A DNA stretch of 64,000 bases from Methanothrix sp. GTDB lineage: Archaea; Halobacteriota; Methanosarcinia; Methanotrichales; Methanotrichaceae. The notes under the pieces were generated by a model. That model ran no database searches and had not been told where the DNA came from. It saw only the letters and a list, made by a program, of their open reading frames with translations. Made by a program: the position numbers and the translations under genes. The first letter of the stretch is position 1. The number at the start of each line of letters is the position of its first letter. Where the stretch lies: assembly GCA_963682135.1 (NCBI GenBank), contig OY821645.1, forward strand, positions 480,001 to 544,000. The letters are read 5' to 3'. Below, piece after piece: positions 54,477 through 64,000 of this stretch.

Positions 54477-55679
54477 ATGAAACTTTCTTTTATCTTTTTC
54501 CTCCTCTTTTTTCTCGGCTGTCTTTCAGCCTCAGCGGCAGAGCCTCTGGAAGAGTGGAATTTAACCTTTGGGGGGCAGTACGCAGATGGCGCCTGGTGTT
54601 TGCAGGAGACAGAGGATGGCGGCTATATCCTGGTGGGAAATTCGGCTTCAAGGGGTGAGGGAAGCGACCTGTTCCTGATCAGGACCGACAGCATGGGGAA
54701 ATGCATCTGGAGCCGGATTTGGGGAGGATCAGCCGAGGACGTAGGATACTTCGTGCAAGAGACGAAAGAAGGCGGATTTATTATTACGGGGAGCACAAAA
54801 TCCTATTCCATGGGCGAGGAGCTGCTCTGGCTTGTCAAGACGGACGGCAATGGCAACCTCAGTTGGGACAGAACCTTTGGCGGATTTGTATCTTCCTCAG
54901 GGGATGGCGGATGGTCTGTGGATGAGACCGATGACGGGGGCTACATCATCACCGGATACACTCAATCTCTGGGAAGCGGCAGAAAAGATCTCTGGCTGCT
55001 GAAGACCGATGGACAGGGAGCCAAGATCTGGGATAAGGCCTTTGGAGGAAGGGAAGATGATGTGGGCATGTCCGTCTTGCAGAGCCGGGACGGTGGGTAT
55101 ATTGCAGCAGGGCGGACTGCATCCTTCACCAGGGGTGGAGACGACATCTGGCTCCTTAAGACTGATTCTCTGGGAGAAGAGCAATGGAATAAGACCTTTG
55201 GCGGCAACCTGGATGATGCCGGCTTTCAGGTTGTAGAGCTTGCAGACGGATATGCGGTTGTTGGCAGGACCGAATCCGGCTCGGATAGGGAGAAGATAAT
55301 TCTCATAAAAGTGGACCCAAACGGCCGGAGACTGTGGGAGAGATCTTACGAGGGAAGTTCAGCTTCATCTCTGCAGTCGACTGCAGAAGGCGGCTATATC
55401 ATTGCAGGAAGAATCGACAATAAGAGTACTGGAAGAGATGCTCTCATCATTAAGACCGATTCCACAGGCCGCGAAGAGTGGTCGATGATCTTGGGCGGGA
55501 TCGCTGATGATATCGGCACTTTTGTCGTTTCGAACAAAGACGGTTCCTATACAATGGCAGGCATTACAGATTCCTATGGACAGGGAAGGGAAGATGCCTG
55601 GCTGGTCAGGATTCGAGCAGAATCACAGATCAAGGAAAATGAGACACAAATGCGGCATTTAGTTTTTCCTAGCTCTTAG
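54477..55679 (+). CDS. Secreted beta-propeller repeat protein
   Basis: Signal peptide; ~7 repeats W..TFGG..DD.G.SV..T.DGGYII.G.T.S......D.WL.KTD..G. Confidence 0.85.
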   Translation: MKLSFIFFLLFFLGCLSASAAEPLEEWNLTFGGQYADGAWCLQETEDGGYILVGNSASRGEGSDLFLIRTDSMGKCIWSRIWGGSAEDVGYFVQETKEGGFIITGSTKSYSMGEELLWLVKTDGNGNLSWDRTFGGFVSSSGDGGWSVDETDDGGYIITGYTQSLGSGRKDLWLLKTDGQGAKIWDKAFGGREDDVGMSVLQSRDGGYIAAGRTASFTRGGDDIWLLKTDSLGEEQWNKTFGGNLDDAGFQVVELADGYAVVGRTESGSDREKIILIKVDPNGRRLWERSYEGSSASSLQSTAEGGYIIAGRIDNKSTGRDALIIKTDSTGREEWSMILGGIADDIGTFVVSNKDGSYTMAGITDSYGQGREDAWLVRIRAESQIKENETQMRHLVFPSS

Positions 55680-55720
55680 ATTGGAAAAATTTTTAAAAGA
55701 TGAAAGGCATATAGCCACTG

Positions 55721-56437
55721 ATGCATACGCCCGTCAGAATCCATGAAATCGGCCTCTATCTGCGCTGCCCCCGGCTTATTTTCTTTGAAAATCTGAGAAA
55801 TACTTCCAGGAAGATCGATGCCAAGCATATCCTTTTGCATAGCCTCATGCTCTCCATTTCCCAAAAAAATGATCTGGAAGGCCAGCTAAGAGAGACCCTG
55901 GCTAGATTGCAGGAGGAGTTGCCTCTGGTTTATGAGATTGATCCGGTTGAAGTCGAGCAGGCCTGTCGGGAACTGGAAGGAGAGATTGCCGGTATTGCCC
56001 GGGGTCTGGCCGGGCAGCTGGATCTTCTGCTTCCCTGCCAGGCAGAGGTTGACCTATATTCCGATAAATTGGGATTGTCAGGTAGATTGGACCGGCTGAC
56101 AGCGGGCGGCACCCCCAGCCTCATTCGCACCGGCAAAGCCCCGCAGGACGGCATCTGGAAAAGAGACCGGCTCATGCTGGCGGGCTATGCTCTTCTTTTG
56201 GGCGAGAAGCAGAGGACGCACATAAATCAAGGACTGGTGGAGTATCCGCGCCAGGGCCTGGTGCGGTCTGCCGAGATTTACAGCGTGGATAGAGCACGAG
56301 TGCTGCGCATTCGGGATAGAATAAAACAGATAAAAGAGGGCCAGCTTCCAGACCGGCCCGAGGATGCACCCTGCCCGGATTGCGAGGCGAGAGAGATCTG
56401 CGAGACGAGGCACAGTCTGGCGTCGAGATTTTTTTAG
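55721..56437 (+). CDS. Solo Cas4/Dna2-like Fe-S PD-(D/E)xK-fold protein (degenerate active site)
   Basis: YLRCPR N-terminal Cys plus CPDC...C C-terminal Cys; LSGRLDRL; no CRISPR array or other cas genes in the window. Confidence 0.8.
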   Translation: MHTPVRIHEIGLYLRCPRLIFFENLRNTSRKIDAKHILLHSLMLSISQKNDLEGQLRETLARLQEELPLVYEIDPVEVEQACRELEGEIAGIARGLAGQLDLLLPCQAEVDLYSDKLGLSGRLDRLTAGGTPSLIRTGKAPQDGIWKRDRLMLAGYALLLGEKQRTHINQGLVEYPRQGLVRSAEIYSVDRARVLRIRDRIKQIKEGQLPDRPEDAPCPDCEAREICETRHSLASRFF

Positions 56438-56644
56438 GGGTAATTCTCTGGCGCTTCGAAGCTGATGGTAGAGTGCGATGTTCTTGGTTTATTGGATGAT
56501 TATTGGGATAGTGACTTCTATTTCGCTTCAAGTTCAATAGCAGTAGGTAGGCATTCATCCTACCACTTGTTGGGAGCGAGTCTTCTGCCTGCAGTGGAAG
56601 CTGTTAACTGTTTTTGCCAGGCCGCAAAAAAGTTTTTAGCCTAA

Positions 56645-57016
56645 CTACCTGGCAAAGACGTCGTTAAACATCAGGCATTGGACTATTTTCGCATTAACTT
56701 GTCGTTTAAGATCGGAATCTGCCTCTCCTAGGATGCCTTTGATAAACGTTTTTTCTATGGTGGCAATTTTATCTATTAAGATGATGGAAGTCTTTTTCAA
56801 TCCGGTGGCTTCGAAGGAGGAAACCCCTTTAAAAATTGGCAAGTCGGTCAGCAATAATATTTTGGGTATCTCACTGGTTATGGCAGCCACAGTTACATCT
56901 AAGTACCCTTCGTAGAGAACTAGTGCCGGCCTCAGCTTTTGGCCATACAAATCTGAAAATGGGAAGTCAATTAGAATAATACTCCCTTTGGGCACTATCG
57001 GCGGCGCTTCGGACAT
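56645..57016 (-). CDS. PemK/MazF-family toxin
   Basis: GSIILIDFPFSD...KLRPALVL, VAAITS, TGLKKTS.I..DKIATI. Confidence 0.9.
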   Translation of the reverse strand: MSEAPPIVPKGSIILIDFPFSDLYGQKLRPALVLYEGYLDVTVAAITSEIPKILLLTDLPIFKGVSSFEATGLKKTSIILIDKIATIEKTFIKGILGEADSDLKRQVNAKIVQCLMFNDVFAR

Positions 57017-57019
57017 TGT

Positions 57020-57250
57020 TTATCTGAATCGCACTTTAAGGTCTTCGACGGTATAGATATCTGGTTCGTTTTCGAAAACGCTGGCCAGAGATTTCTCAGA
57101 GAGTATCATGAGGCCTCTGGCAATCGCCCTATCTTCGTCAAGAGGGATTTCGGTCAAGTCGTTCGGTTTGTTTGGCACAATCTGACTTTCTTGATTGTCA
57201 TGCATACCCGCCACCCCGTCATCTCCTGTCATATGCTTCAATTTCGACAT
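57020..57250 (-). CDS. Putative antitoxin of the MazF-type toxin
   Basis: Small acidic ORF ending 3 bp before the toxin start; LSEKSLASVFENEPDIYTVEDLK C-terminus. Confidence 0.7.
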   Translation of the reverse strand: MSKLKHMTGDDGVAGMHDNQESQIVPNKPNDLTEIPLDEDRAIARGLMILSEKSLASVFENEPDIYTVEDLKVRFR

Positions 57251-57288
57251 CTTAGGTTATAGTACTTTCGTTCTTCTGTCCAATCATA

Positions 57289-57725
57289 GGGGTCTGGCCG
57301 GGCAGCTGGATCTTCTGCTTCCCTGCCAGGCAGAGGTTGACCTATATTCCGATAAATTGGGATTGTCAGGTAGACTGGACCGGCTGACAGCGGGCGGCAC
57401 CCCCAGCCTCATTCGCACCGGCAAAGCCCCGCAGGACGGCATCTGGAAAAGAGACCGGCTCATGCTGGCGGGCTATGCTCTTCTTTTGGGCGAGAAGCAG
57501 AGGACGCACATAAATCAAGGACTGGTGGAGTATCCGCGCCAGGGCCTGGTGCGGGCTGTTGAGATTTACAGCGTGGATAGAGCACGAGTGCTGCGCATTC
57601 GGGATAGAATAAAACAGATAAAAGAGGGCCAGCTTCCCGACCGGCCCGAGGATGCACCCTGCCCGGATTGCGAGGCGAGAGAGATCTGCGAGACGAGGCA
57701 CAGTCTGGCGTCAAGATTTTTTTAA
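57289..57725 (+). pseudogene. Near-identical duplicate of the 3' 437 bp of the cas4-like gene (56001-56437)
   Basis: From GGGGTCTGGCCGGGCAGCTG to the stop codon; only a few substitutions; 5' part of the gene missing. Confidence 0.92.
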
Positions 57726-58054
57726 GCCAGATTCTATTTTGCTTCGAGCTTGAGGGAGAAGGTGCTGAATTATCTATCGACGGCAGACTATGGGGTGTTG
57801 GGCTGGAGGAGAGGGCCTGCAACCCCGCTCGACCGCAACAAGAGCCTCCAGAGCGAGCCCCCGGCCTCCTGGCGTGCGTCCTGCCGTCCATCCGTGCTCG
57901 ACCTGATCCTCGCAATCCATGCAGCTGAGATGGCCACCGTGCTCCTGCTCGGCCAGGATCTGGCCGCGCTCCCGGCAGAAGTGCGCAGGCAACCATGCAG
58001 GCTTACTCATGAGGTTGCCCTGGAAACGAGATGCGATCTGAATAAATCCGAACC

Positions 58055-59710
58055 CTATGACAACGATACCTCCCACAACTCGCCTGGTTTCCAGGAAGCG
58101 GTTCCTTCAATACTTGATCCATCTGCTGAGATGGTTCCGGTATAGTACCCCGAATTTCCATGCCGGAATAAAGTAATTTGATCTCCCTCGATTGACTGAA
58201 TATCGATAATATCAGTAATCAGTCCTCCCGACCATGAAGCGTCAATGGTTTTTACATCATCCCGAACAACCCACTCTCCATCCCAGCTACCGCTTTGACC
58301 ATATTCTTTTACAATCCAAGATGCACCTGGCGCGAATAGTGGGCCCAGGCCGTTCCAGATAGATCTTTTTGCAGCTTCGCCAGATGTCTCGGGAACCGGG
58401 TTTCTATAGCTCCCAACTGGTGCCAGGTCGTCTAAGAGATGAGAGTCATCATCATAAGTTCCTGAATTCCACTGATCCGCCGTATCTGCTCCTTCTTGGG
58501 ATCCATCGCAGTCTTTCACCCAGGTGTAGTTGTACATTATTACCGGTCCTGAAGGGAATCCCATTTTTAAAAACCTTTTATCGCCCTCTCTTCCAGCACC
58601 AATACTTTCCACATACATCATACTCTCAGGTCCGGTATGGGCCGTGGGTCCACACCCATTCACGCTATCACCATGCCAATGAAATATCCTCGTACCGCTG
58701 AAGGGACCAGTTCCACTGAAGCTTTGTTCTGGGAAATTAAAACCCGATCCGCGATGATTATATGATTCACCAATATATTGGTAGGGAACCTCAGCCCAAT
58801 CACTGCGCCACTCTAAATACCAATTCCTCCCATCCCAGTTTATCTGGCCAGGCTCTTTAGCCTTTTTGGAAGCGACTATGGTAAGAGGTATGTTGAGCTC
58901 ATATCCAGGATACAGCACACTCTGTGGTGCGTCCCATTTGACGGTATATTCAATAGTAGAATACCAAGTTTTGTCCCATTTACTTCTTACATTTTCCTTT
59001 ACTTCAATTTCGCCATCTAAATCATCATTGAGACCACCATTCCAATAGTAATTATTGATAAAATTACCCGTATATTCATCGTCAGGATAATTTTCCTGCA
59101 CAGTAATGATTTCTCCGTTAATCAATTTCCAGTATCCGCTCGCCTTACTACACTTATCAGAATCGATCTGACTATGGTGGACAGAGACTGCTGAGGTCCT
59201 TTTCTTTTCACCGCCAACGTCATCAGGAACTGGTTGTCCCTCAACTGCTTCGCAACCATCTTCTATAACTTTGTCAGATGTTTCGGGAACCCCCATGACC
59301 TTGGTGAACCCGCAGGGTGATTCTGAGTTCTGAGTCCATGTGGCCGGGTCCGAGTCTTCGACAGTATAGGACCCCGCAGACAGGATCACGTTGGGATGGG
59401 CAATCCAATTAGCGTTAGGCACACCGCTTGAGCCAGGCGTGGTCTCAACATTCCATGGTCCATAGAGGGTACCATCATCCTTTCGTAGGCCGATCGTTCC
59501 TCCTGGTGCACCTTTGCCGTAGTTCCAGTGATATGTATCTATGTAGGTAATCCTCTGTGGTTCCAAGATAGTGAAAATTGGGCTACATGTGGGATTATTG
59601 TCCCCAAAACCTGTATTCCAGCTGTCATAGATTGTTGCTGCTTGCCCGAATGCTGGCGTGCACAACAGCACGGCCAAAACTGCCAATATCGGGAAAAAAT
59701 TTAGTCGAAT
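58055..59710 (-). CDS. Secreted multi-domain protein (start TTG 59686 or ATT 59710)
   Basis: In-frame upstream extension gives signal peptide RLNFFPILAVLAVLLCTPAFG; YIDTYHWNYGKG N-terminal domain; Trp/Gly-rich beta domains. Confidence 0.7.
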   Translation of the reverse strand: MRLNFFPILAVLAVLLCTPAFGQAATIYDSWNTGFGDNNPTCSPIFTILEPQRITYIDTYHWNYGKGAPGGTIGLRKDDGTLYGPWNVETTPGSSGVPNANWIAHPNVILSAGSYTVEDSDPATWTQNSESPCGFTKVMGVPETSDKVIEDGCEAVEGQPVPDDVGGEKKRTSAVSVHHSQIDSDKCSKASGYWKLINGEIITVQENYPDDEYTGNFINNYYWNGGLNDDLDGEIEVKENVRSKWDKTWYSTIEYTVKWDAPQSVLYPGYELNIPLTIVASKKAKEPGQINWDGRNWYLEWRSDWAEVPYQYIGESYNHRGSGFNFPEQSFSGTGPFSGTRIFHWHGDSVNGCGPTAHTGPESMMYVESIGAGREGDKRFLKMGFPSGPVIMYNYTWVKDCDGSQEGADTADQWNSGTYDDDSHLLDDLAPVGSYRNPVPETSGEAAKRSIWNGLGPLFAPGASWIVKEYGQSGSWDGEWVVRDDVKTIDASWSGGLITDIIDIQSIEGDQITLFRHGNSGYYTGTISADGSSIEGTASWKPGELWEVSLS

Positions 59711-59769
59711 AGATATCTCTCCATGTTAACATAATTATCATATAAATGATAAATTTTGCGGGACCGTCT

Positions 59770-59946
59770 ACTCGGATCATCGGGTTCGTTTTCATAGACT
59801 CTGGCCAGCGATTTCTCGGAGAGTGTCATAAGGCCCCTAGTAATCGTTTTATCTTCTTCAAAAGGGTCTTCAGTCAAGTCATTCAGTTTGCTTGGCGTAG
59901 CCTGCTTCGTTTGATGGTTTTGCGGAACCTGATCATCCCCAATCAT
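59770..59946 (-). pseudogene. Truncated paralog of the 57020..57250 antitoxin
   Basis: NDLTEDPFEEDKTITRGLMTLSEKSLARVYENEPD vs NDLTEIPLDEDRAIARGLMILSEKSLASVFENEPD; homology ends at ENEPD. Confidence 0.75.
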
Positions 59947-59962
59947 GCAAATTTATTTCATA

Positions 59963-60155
59963 TATCCGTGCCAGGGCCTGGTGCGGGCTGCCGAGATTTG
60001 CAGCGAAGATAGGGCGCGAGTGCTGCGCATTTGGGATAGAATTGGGCAGATAAAAGAGGGCCAGCTTCCCGACCGGCCCCAGGATGCTCCCTGCCCGGAT
60101 TGCGAGGCGAGAGAGATCTGCAGGGCGAGGCACAGTCTGGCGTCGAGATTTTTTT
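59963..60155 (+). pseudogene. Third, shorter and more diverged copy of the cas4-like 3' end (56243-56435)
   Basis: YPCQGLVRAAEICSEDRARVLRIWDRIGQIKEGQLPDRPQDAPCPDCEAREICRARHSLASRFF; stop codon lost (TGG). Confidence 0.88.
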
Positions 60156-60188
60156 GGCTTCGCAGTTCGAATTCATATTGCACCCAAA

Positions 60189-61340
60189 TTATTCAAACAA
60201 CATAACCTCCACCGTCTCCCCTGCATCCAGCCCCTCCTTCTCCTCGGACACTACCACAAAGCCATTCGCCTTTGCCACTGAGCTGAGAATACCCGCGCCT
60301 GAGATCATGATAGGCTCGGCCTCGCCATCCTTGAGGGTCACTCTGACCATGCTCAAATAGTTCGGTCGCGATGGAATCTTTCTCGCCAGACGCGCTGAGA
60401 CTCTTGGCTGATGGTCGGAGCGGTGGCCTATCTTTTGCAGAGCCGGTCGCACGAAAAGATAGAGATCGGATAGCGCCGCCACTGGATAGCCGGGCAGGCA
60501 GACGACAGGCTTGCCCGCCACGGCTCCAAAAGCGGTAGGTTTTCCCGGCTGCAGGCGCACGCCATGAACAAAAAGCTCTCCCATCTCTTCCAGCACCCGA
60601 GGAGCATAGTCCTTTTCACCCACCGAGGTTCCGCCGATTATTATGATCATATCCGCATCTGCGGAAGATGAGATGGCCTCGCGAATGAGTCCTTCGTCAT
60701 CCGGGACGATATCGGTTTTCTTGGCCCGCGCGCCCCATTTTTCTGCGTAGAGACGGGCCATGAGTCCGTTGATCTCGTATGCTTCGCCGGCGCAAAGCGT
60801 GCGCAGTCCAATAGGTACCAGCTCTCCTCCTGTGGGGATGACGACAACCTTGGGCCTTTCATAAACCGATACTTCGCCGATTCCGAGAGCAGAGAGCATT
60901 GCCACATCAGGGGGCCGAAGGGTGTGGCCCTCAGAAAAAACCGTTTCACCAACGCTTATGTCCTCGCCGATGCGAGAGACATTCTTGTAAGCATGCAGCT
61001 GCGTTGTGATCTCTAAAGTTGTCCCGCGCATCCTGCAATCCTCACTCATCACCACGGCATCGTAACACCCCGGAACAGGCATACCGGTACGTAGGGCCAG
61101 GAAATTATCCAGAAGAGCGGGGGCGTTAGGCTTTGCGCCTTTTGTGTCCTCGGACCGCACGGCAAATCCGTCCATGGCCGCCCGATCAAAGCCCGGCAGG
61201 CTCACGGGAGAGCGGATATCTTCCGACAAAATCCGGCCTGATGCCTGCATGCCTGGCAGGTGTTCTGTCCGCTGTAAAGGTAAGCAGCGATCGAGAAGCA
61301 TATCTTTTGCCGCTGCTGCTCCGCGAAAACGTCTAAACAT
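60189..61340 (-). CDS. moeA: Molybdopterin molybdotransferase MoeA
   Basis: PGFDRAAMDGFAV, TGGEL, GGTSVGEKD, GVRLQPGKP, LPGYPVAA. Confidence 0.92.
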   Translation of the reverse strand: MFRRFRGAAAAKDMLLDRCLPLQRTEHLPGMQASGRILSEDIRSPVSLPGFDRAAMDGFAVRSEDTKGAKPNAPALLDNFLALRTGMPVPGCYDAVVMSEDCRMRGTTLEITTQLHAYKNVSRIGEDISVGETVFSEGHTLRPPDVAMLSALGIGEVSVYERPKVVVIPTGGELVPIGLRTLCAGEAYEINGLMARLYAEKWGARAKKTDIVPDDEGLIREAISSSADADMIIIIGGTSVGEKDYAPRVLEEMGELFVHGVRLQPGKPTAFGAVAGKPVVCLPGYPVAALSDLYLFVRPALQKIGHRSDHQPRVSARLARKIPSRPNYLSMVRVTLKDGEAEPIMISGAGILSSVAKANGFVVVSEEKEGLDAGETVEVMLFE

Positions 61341-61480
61341 GCAAAAGTCTTGTCAGCCATCTCCTGGATATATGCTTTTGTATATTTTCAGGAGATCGTG
61401 TGAAAGCTTCATATAATGTAAAGAGGGAGAGGTGGGCAGATACTGACGGTATAATGAAGAATGAAGAATCATAACGGTGG

Positions 61481-63772
61481 ATGGATGATTTAATGGAAGC
61501 TGTTGTATGGCTGGAAGAAGTGGGAAAGAATGATCTTTCCGTAGTGGGCGGCAAGGGTGCAAGCCTGGGTGAGATGATAAATATCGGCGTTCCCGTACCT
61601 GGCGGATTCGCAGTCACAGCTCAAGCCTTCCGGGATTTCCTTAACCGATCAGGCATCGCCAAGGAGCTATTCGAAGCCCTTAATGTCGATGTTAATCAAG
61701 AGTCTGAGCTGCACCAGGCCGAGAAGACGGCTAAGAAGCTCATCATGGAGGCCAAGGTGCCCGAGGACATCGAGTTGGCCATTAAATCCCGCTATGAGGA
61801 ACTATGCAAGCGCGAAGGAGAACAGGTCTTCGTGGCCGTGCGGTCCAGTGCTACCGCTGAGGATCTTCCTGATGCCAGTTTTGCAGGCCAGCAAGAGACC
61901 TTCCTCAACATGCGCGGAGCTGAGGATGTCTTTAACGCAGTTCGCAAGTGCTGGGCATCACTCTATGGAGCACGCGCTATCTTCTACCGGGTGGAGCAGG
62001 GCTTTGAGCACGATAAGGTCAACCTCTCCGCCATTGTGCAAAAGATGGTGGATTCCGAGAAGTCGGGAGTCATGTTCAGCTCACAACCTTCCACAGGCGA
62101 ACCACTGGTGGTCTTAGAAGGCGCCTGGGGACTGGGCGAATCCGTGGTTAGCGGAAGCGTCTCTCCTGACAATTTTGTCGTGGACAGAAAGACCAAGAAT
62201 ATCTTAAGCAAGTACATCGCCACCAAGGAGATAATGATCATCAGGGACCCCAAGACCCAGAAGACGGTTACAATCCCGGTCCCGGAAGAGAAGAAAGACG
62301 CCATCGTTCTGACGGACAACGAGGCAATTGAGCTCGCCAAATACGCCGAGATTCTGGAGAAGCACTACGGCATCCCCCAGGATATCGAGTGGGGCGTAGA
62401 GAAAAGCAAGATCTACATCCTCCAGTCGCGCCCGATTACTACTATTAATAACGGCAAAAAGAAAGAGCCAGCATCGGCAGCCAGCGGCAAAGTGATCCTC
62501 ACGGGCCTGGGCGCAGCTCCAGGAGTGGCTACAGGCATTGTGCGACTTATTGCCAGCGGCAGAGAGCTGGATAAGGTCAAACAGGGAGACATCATGGTCA
62601 CCAAGATGACCATGCCGGACATGGTTCCAGGCATGAAGCGTGCCGGAGCTATTGTCACCGATGAGGGCGGCATGGCCTGCCACGCAGCTATTGTGAGCCG
62701 CGAACTGGGTTGCCCGGCAGTGGTGGGAACCAAGAAGGCCACAGCGAATCTTAAAGAAGGCATGGAGGTCACAGTGGACGGCGGCAAAGGCACAGTCTAC
62801 GAAGGACGTGTTGCCCTGGCAGCGCCTGCCAAGCCGGCATCCGCAGCCAGCGGCGGTGGCGTGGTGTTCACTAAACCCATTACTGCCACCGAAATCAAGG
62901 TCAACGTCAGCGAGCCGGACCGAGCCGCAGCCGCGGCCGAGACGATGGCTGATGGCGTGGGTTTGCTGCGCATAGAGCACATGATTCTGGGTCTGGGCAA
63001 GACACCTAACTGGTACATCAAGAACGGCAAGTCAGAGGAATACATTGAAGAACTGGTTAAGAACATCAAAATAGTGGCCGATGCCTTCTTCCCACGACCT
63101 GTCTGGGTGCGCACCCTGGATGCCCCCACAGACGAGTTCCGGGCCATGGAGGGCGGCGAGGGCGAGCCTATCGAGCACAATCCCATGCTCGGCTGGCGCG
63201 GCATTCGGCGCGACCTGACGGAAACAGATCACTTCCGCCTGGAAATAAGGGCTTTCAAGAGACTGCATGAGATGGGCCTGTCTAATGTAGGCATCATGCT
63301 GCCCATGGTACAGCACGTTCGCGAGTTTCAGAAGGCCAAGGCCATCATGGTTGATGAGAACCTGGACCTGGAGAAGATCGATGTGGGCATCATGGTAGAG
63401 ACGCCCGGCGCCGCGCTCACCATTGAAGACTTCATCGAGGATGGAATCGATTTCATCTCATTCGGCACCAATGATCTGACCCAGTACACCCTGGCGGTAG
63501 ACCGAAACAACGAGAACGTTGCCGGGCTGTATTCCGAGCTTCATCCCGCCATACTCAAGCTCATCGAGTATGTAGTGGAACGCTGCAATGAGGCGGGAGT
63601 CAAGACCTCCATCTGCGGCCAGGCCGGATCATACCCGGAGATGGCCAAGAGACTGGTGGAGATCGGTATAACCAGCATATCAGCTAATATCGATGCTGTG
63701 GCTACGGTTCGAGAGACGGTGGCTAGAAGCGAGAAGATTCTATTGCTCAATGCCGCGAGAAATACGAAATAA
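61481..63772 (+). CDS. ppsA: Phosphoenolpyruvate synthase (pyruvate, water dikinase)
   Basis: VGGKGASLGEM, VAVRSSATAEDLPDASFAGQQETFLN, CHAAIVSRE, EHNPMLGWRG, SFGTNDLTQY. Confidence 0.95.
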   Translation: MDDLMEAVVWLEEVGKNDLSVVGGKGASLGEMINIGVPVPGGFAVTAQAFRDFLNRSGIAKELFEALNVDVNQESELHQAEKTAKKLIMEAKVPEDIELAIKSRYEELCKREGEQVFVAVRSSATAEDLPDASFAGQQETFLNMRGAEDVFNAVRKCWASLYGARAIFYRVEQGFEHDKVNLSAIVQKMVDSEKSGVMFSSQPSTGEPLVVLEGAWGLGESVVSGSVSPDNFVVDRKTKNILSKYIATKEIMIIRDPKTQKTVTIPVPEEKKDAIVLTDNEAIELAKYAEILEKHYGIPQDIEWGVEKSKIYILQSRPITTINNGKKKEPASAASGKVILTGLGAAPGVATGIVRLIASGRELDKVKQGDIMVTKMTMPDMVPGMKRAGAIVTDEGGMACHAAIVSRELGCPAVVGTKKATANLKEGMEVTVDGGKGTVYEGRVALAAPAKPASAASGGGVVFTKPITATEIKVNVSEPDRAAAAAETMADGVGLLRIEHMILGLGKTPNWYIKNGKSEEYIEELVKNIKIVADAFFPRPVWVRTLDAPTDEFRAMEGGEGEPIEHNPMLGWRGIRRDLTETDHFRLEIRAFKRLHEMGLSNVGIMLPMVQHVREFQKAKAIMVDENLDLEKIDVGIMVETPGAALTIEDFIEDGIDFISFGTNDLTQYTLAVDRNNENVAGLYSELHPAILKLIEYVVERCNEAGVKTSICGQAGSYPEMAKRLVEIGITSISANIDAVATVRETVARSEKILLLNAARNTK

Positions 63773-63787
63773 AGAATGGGATAAAAA

Positions 63788-64000
63788 ATGAGAGACAAAG
63801 CCCTCCCCGAAGATGAGGTAATGCGCATCCTGGCAGAGACGAGAGCACGTGACTACAGCTATGACCGCTTCCTATCCACCATGTGCACCCTGCCCCATCC
63901 TATTGCGGTAAGGGCTCATGACATGTTCCTGGAGACAAACCTGGGAGACCCGGGTTTGTTTCCGGGTGTGGCCGAACTGGAAGAGCGCGTAGTGGCCATG
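63788..64000 (+). CDS. mfnA: L-tyrosine/L-aspartate decarboxylase MfnA, 5' part (runs off the window)
   Basis: MRDKALPEDEV...LSTMCTLPHPIA..AHDMFLETNLGDPGLFPG. Confidence 0.88.
   Translation, partial: MRDKALPEDEVMRILAETRARDYSYDRFLSTMCTLPHPIAVRAHDMFLETNLGDPGLFPGVAELEERVVAM

Noticed and set aside
57195-57725. 176-aa ORF as an intact second cas4
   Set aside because: Homology starts only at 57289; the N-terminus is antisense to the antitoxin and lacks the first Fe-S Cys.
57750-58050. GC-rich ORF-like segment after the second cas4 copy
   Set aside because: Several overlapping short frames, none with a recognisable motif; probably a gene fragment, but unsupported without a search.
55721-60155. 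CRISPR-Cas locus around cas4
   Set aside because: No cas1/cas2, no short repeat-spacer array; the repeats are gene fragments.

Overview
Archaeal chromosomal window. The housekeeping genes (ribK, UPF0212, XPD-type helicase, moeA, ppsA, mfnA) point to a methanogen, and the overall style suggests Methanotrichales/Methanothrix; this taxon call is inference, not a database result. The left 15 kb holds iscS(3')-iscU, a low-GC NosD/CASH beta-helix gene, a hicB/hicAB cluster, ribK, a redox/iron operon (2-oxoacid oxidoreductase alpha/beta, rubredoxin, ferritin, CDGSH), small membrane/regulatory genes and a GlcD/GlcF-like pair. After a 1.5 kb very AT-rich spacer lies a co-oriented ~32 kb extracellular-type contractile injection system (eCIS; 16334-48138). 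It encodes sheath, tube, a chaperone-like protein, a Pro-rich 8x43-aa repeat protein in the tape-measure position, DUF4255 cap, AAA+ ATPase, tube initiator, LysM, split hub/spike, PAAR-like tip, gp25 and three baseplate proteins. It also encodes two different DUF6519-type fibre-like proteins and two DUF4157 effectors sharing a ~220-aa N-terminus but carrying different C-terminal domains (HNH-like and papain/CHAP-like). There are fossil traces of cassette swapping inside the locus and a bacterial-type Y1 transposase remnant at its right edge. The right part has a solo, catalytically degenerate Cas4-like gene whose 3' end occurs three times, bracketing cargo (MazF-type TA pair, secreted protein), then moeA, ppsA and the start of mfnA. 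No rRNA, tRNA or CRISPR array was recognised. All family calls are by-eye motif recognition.
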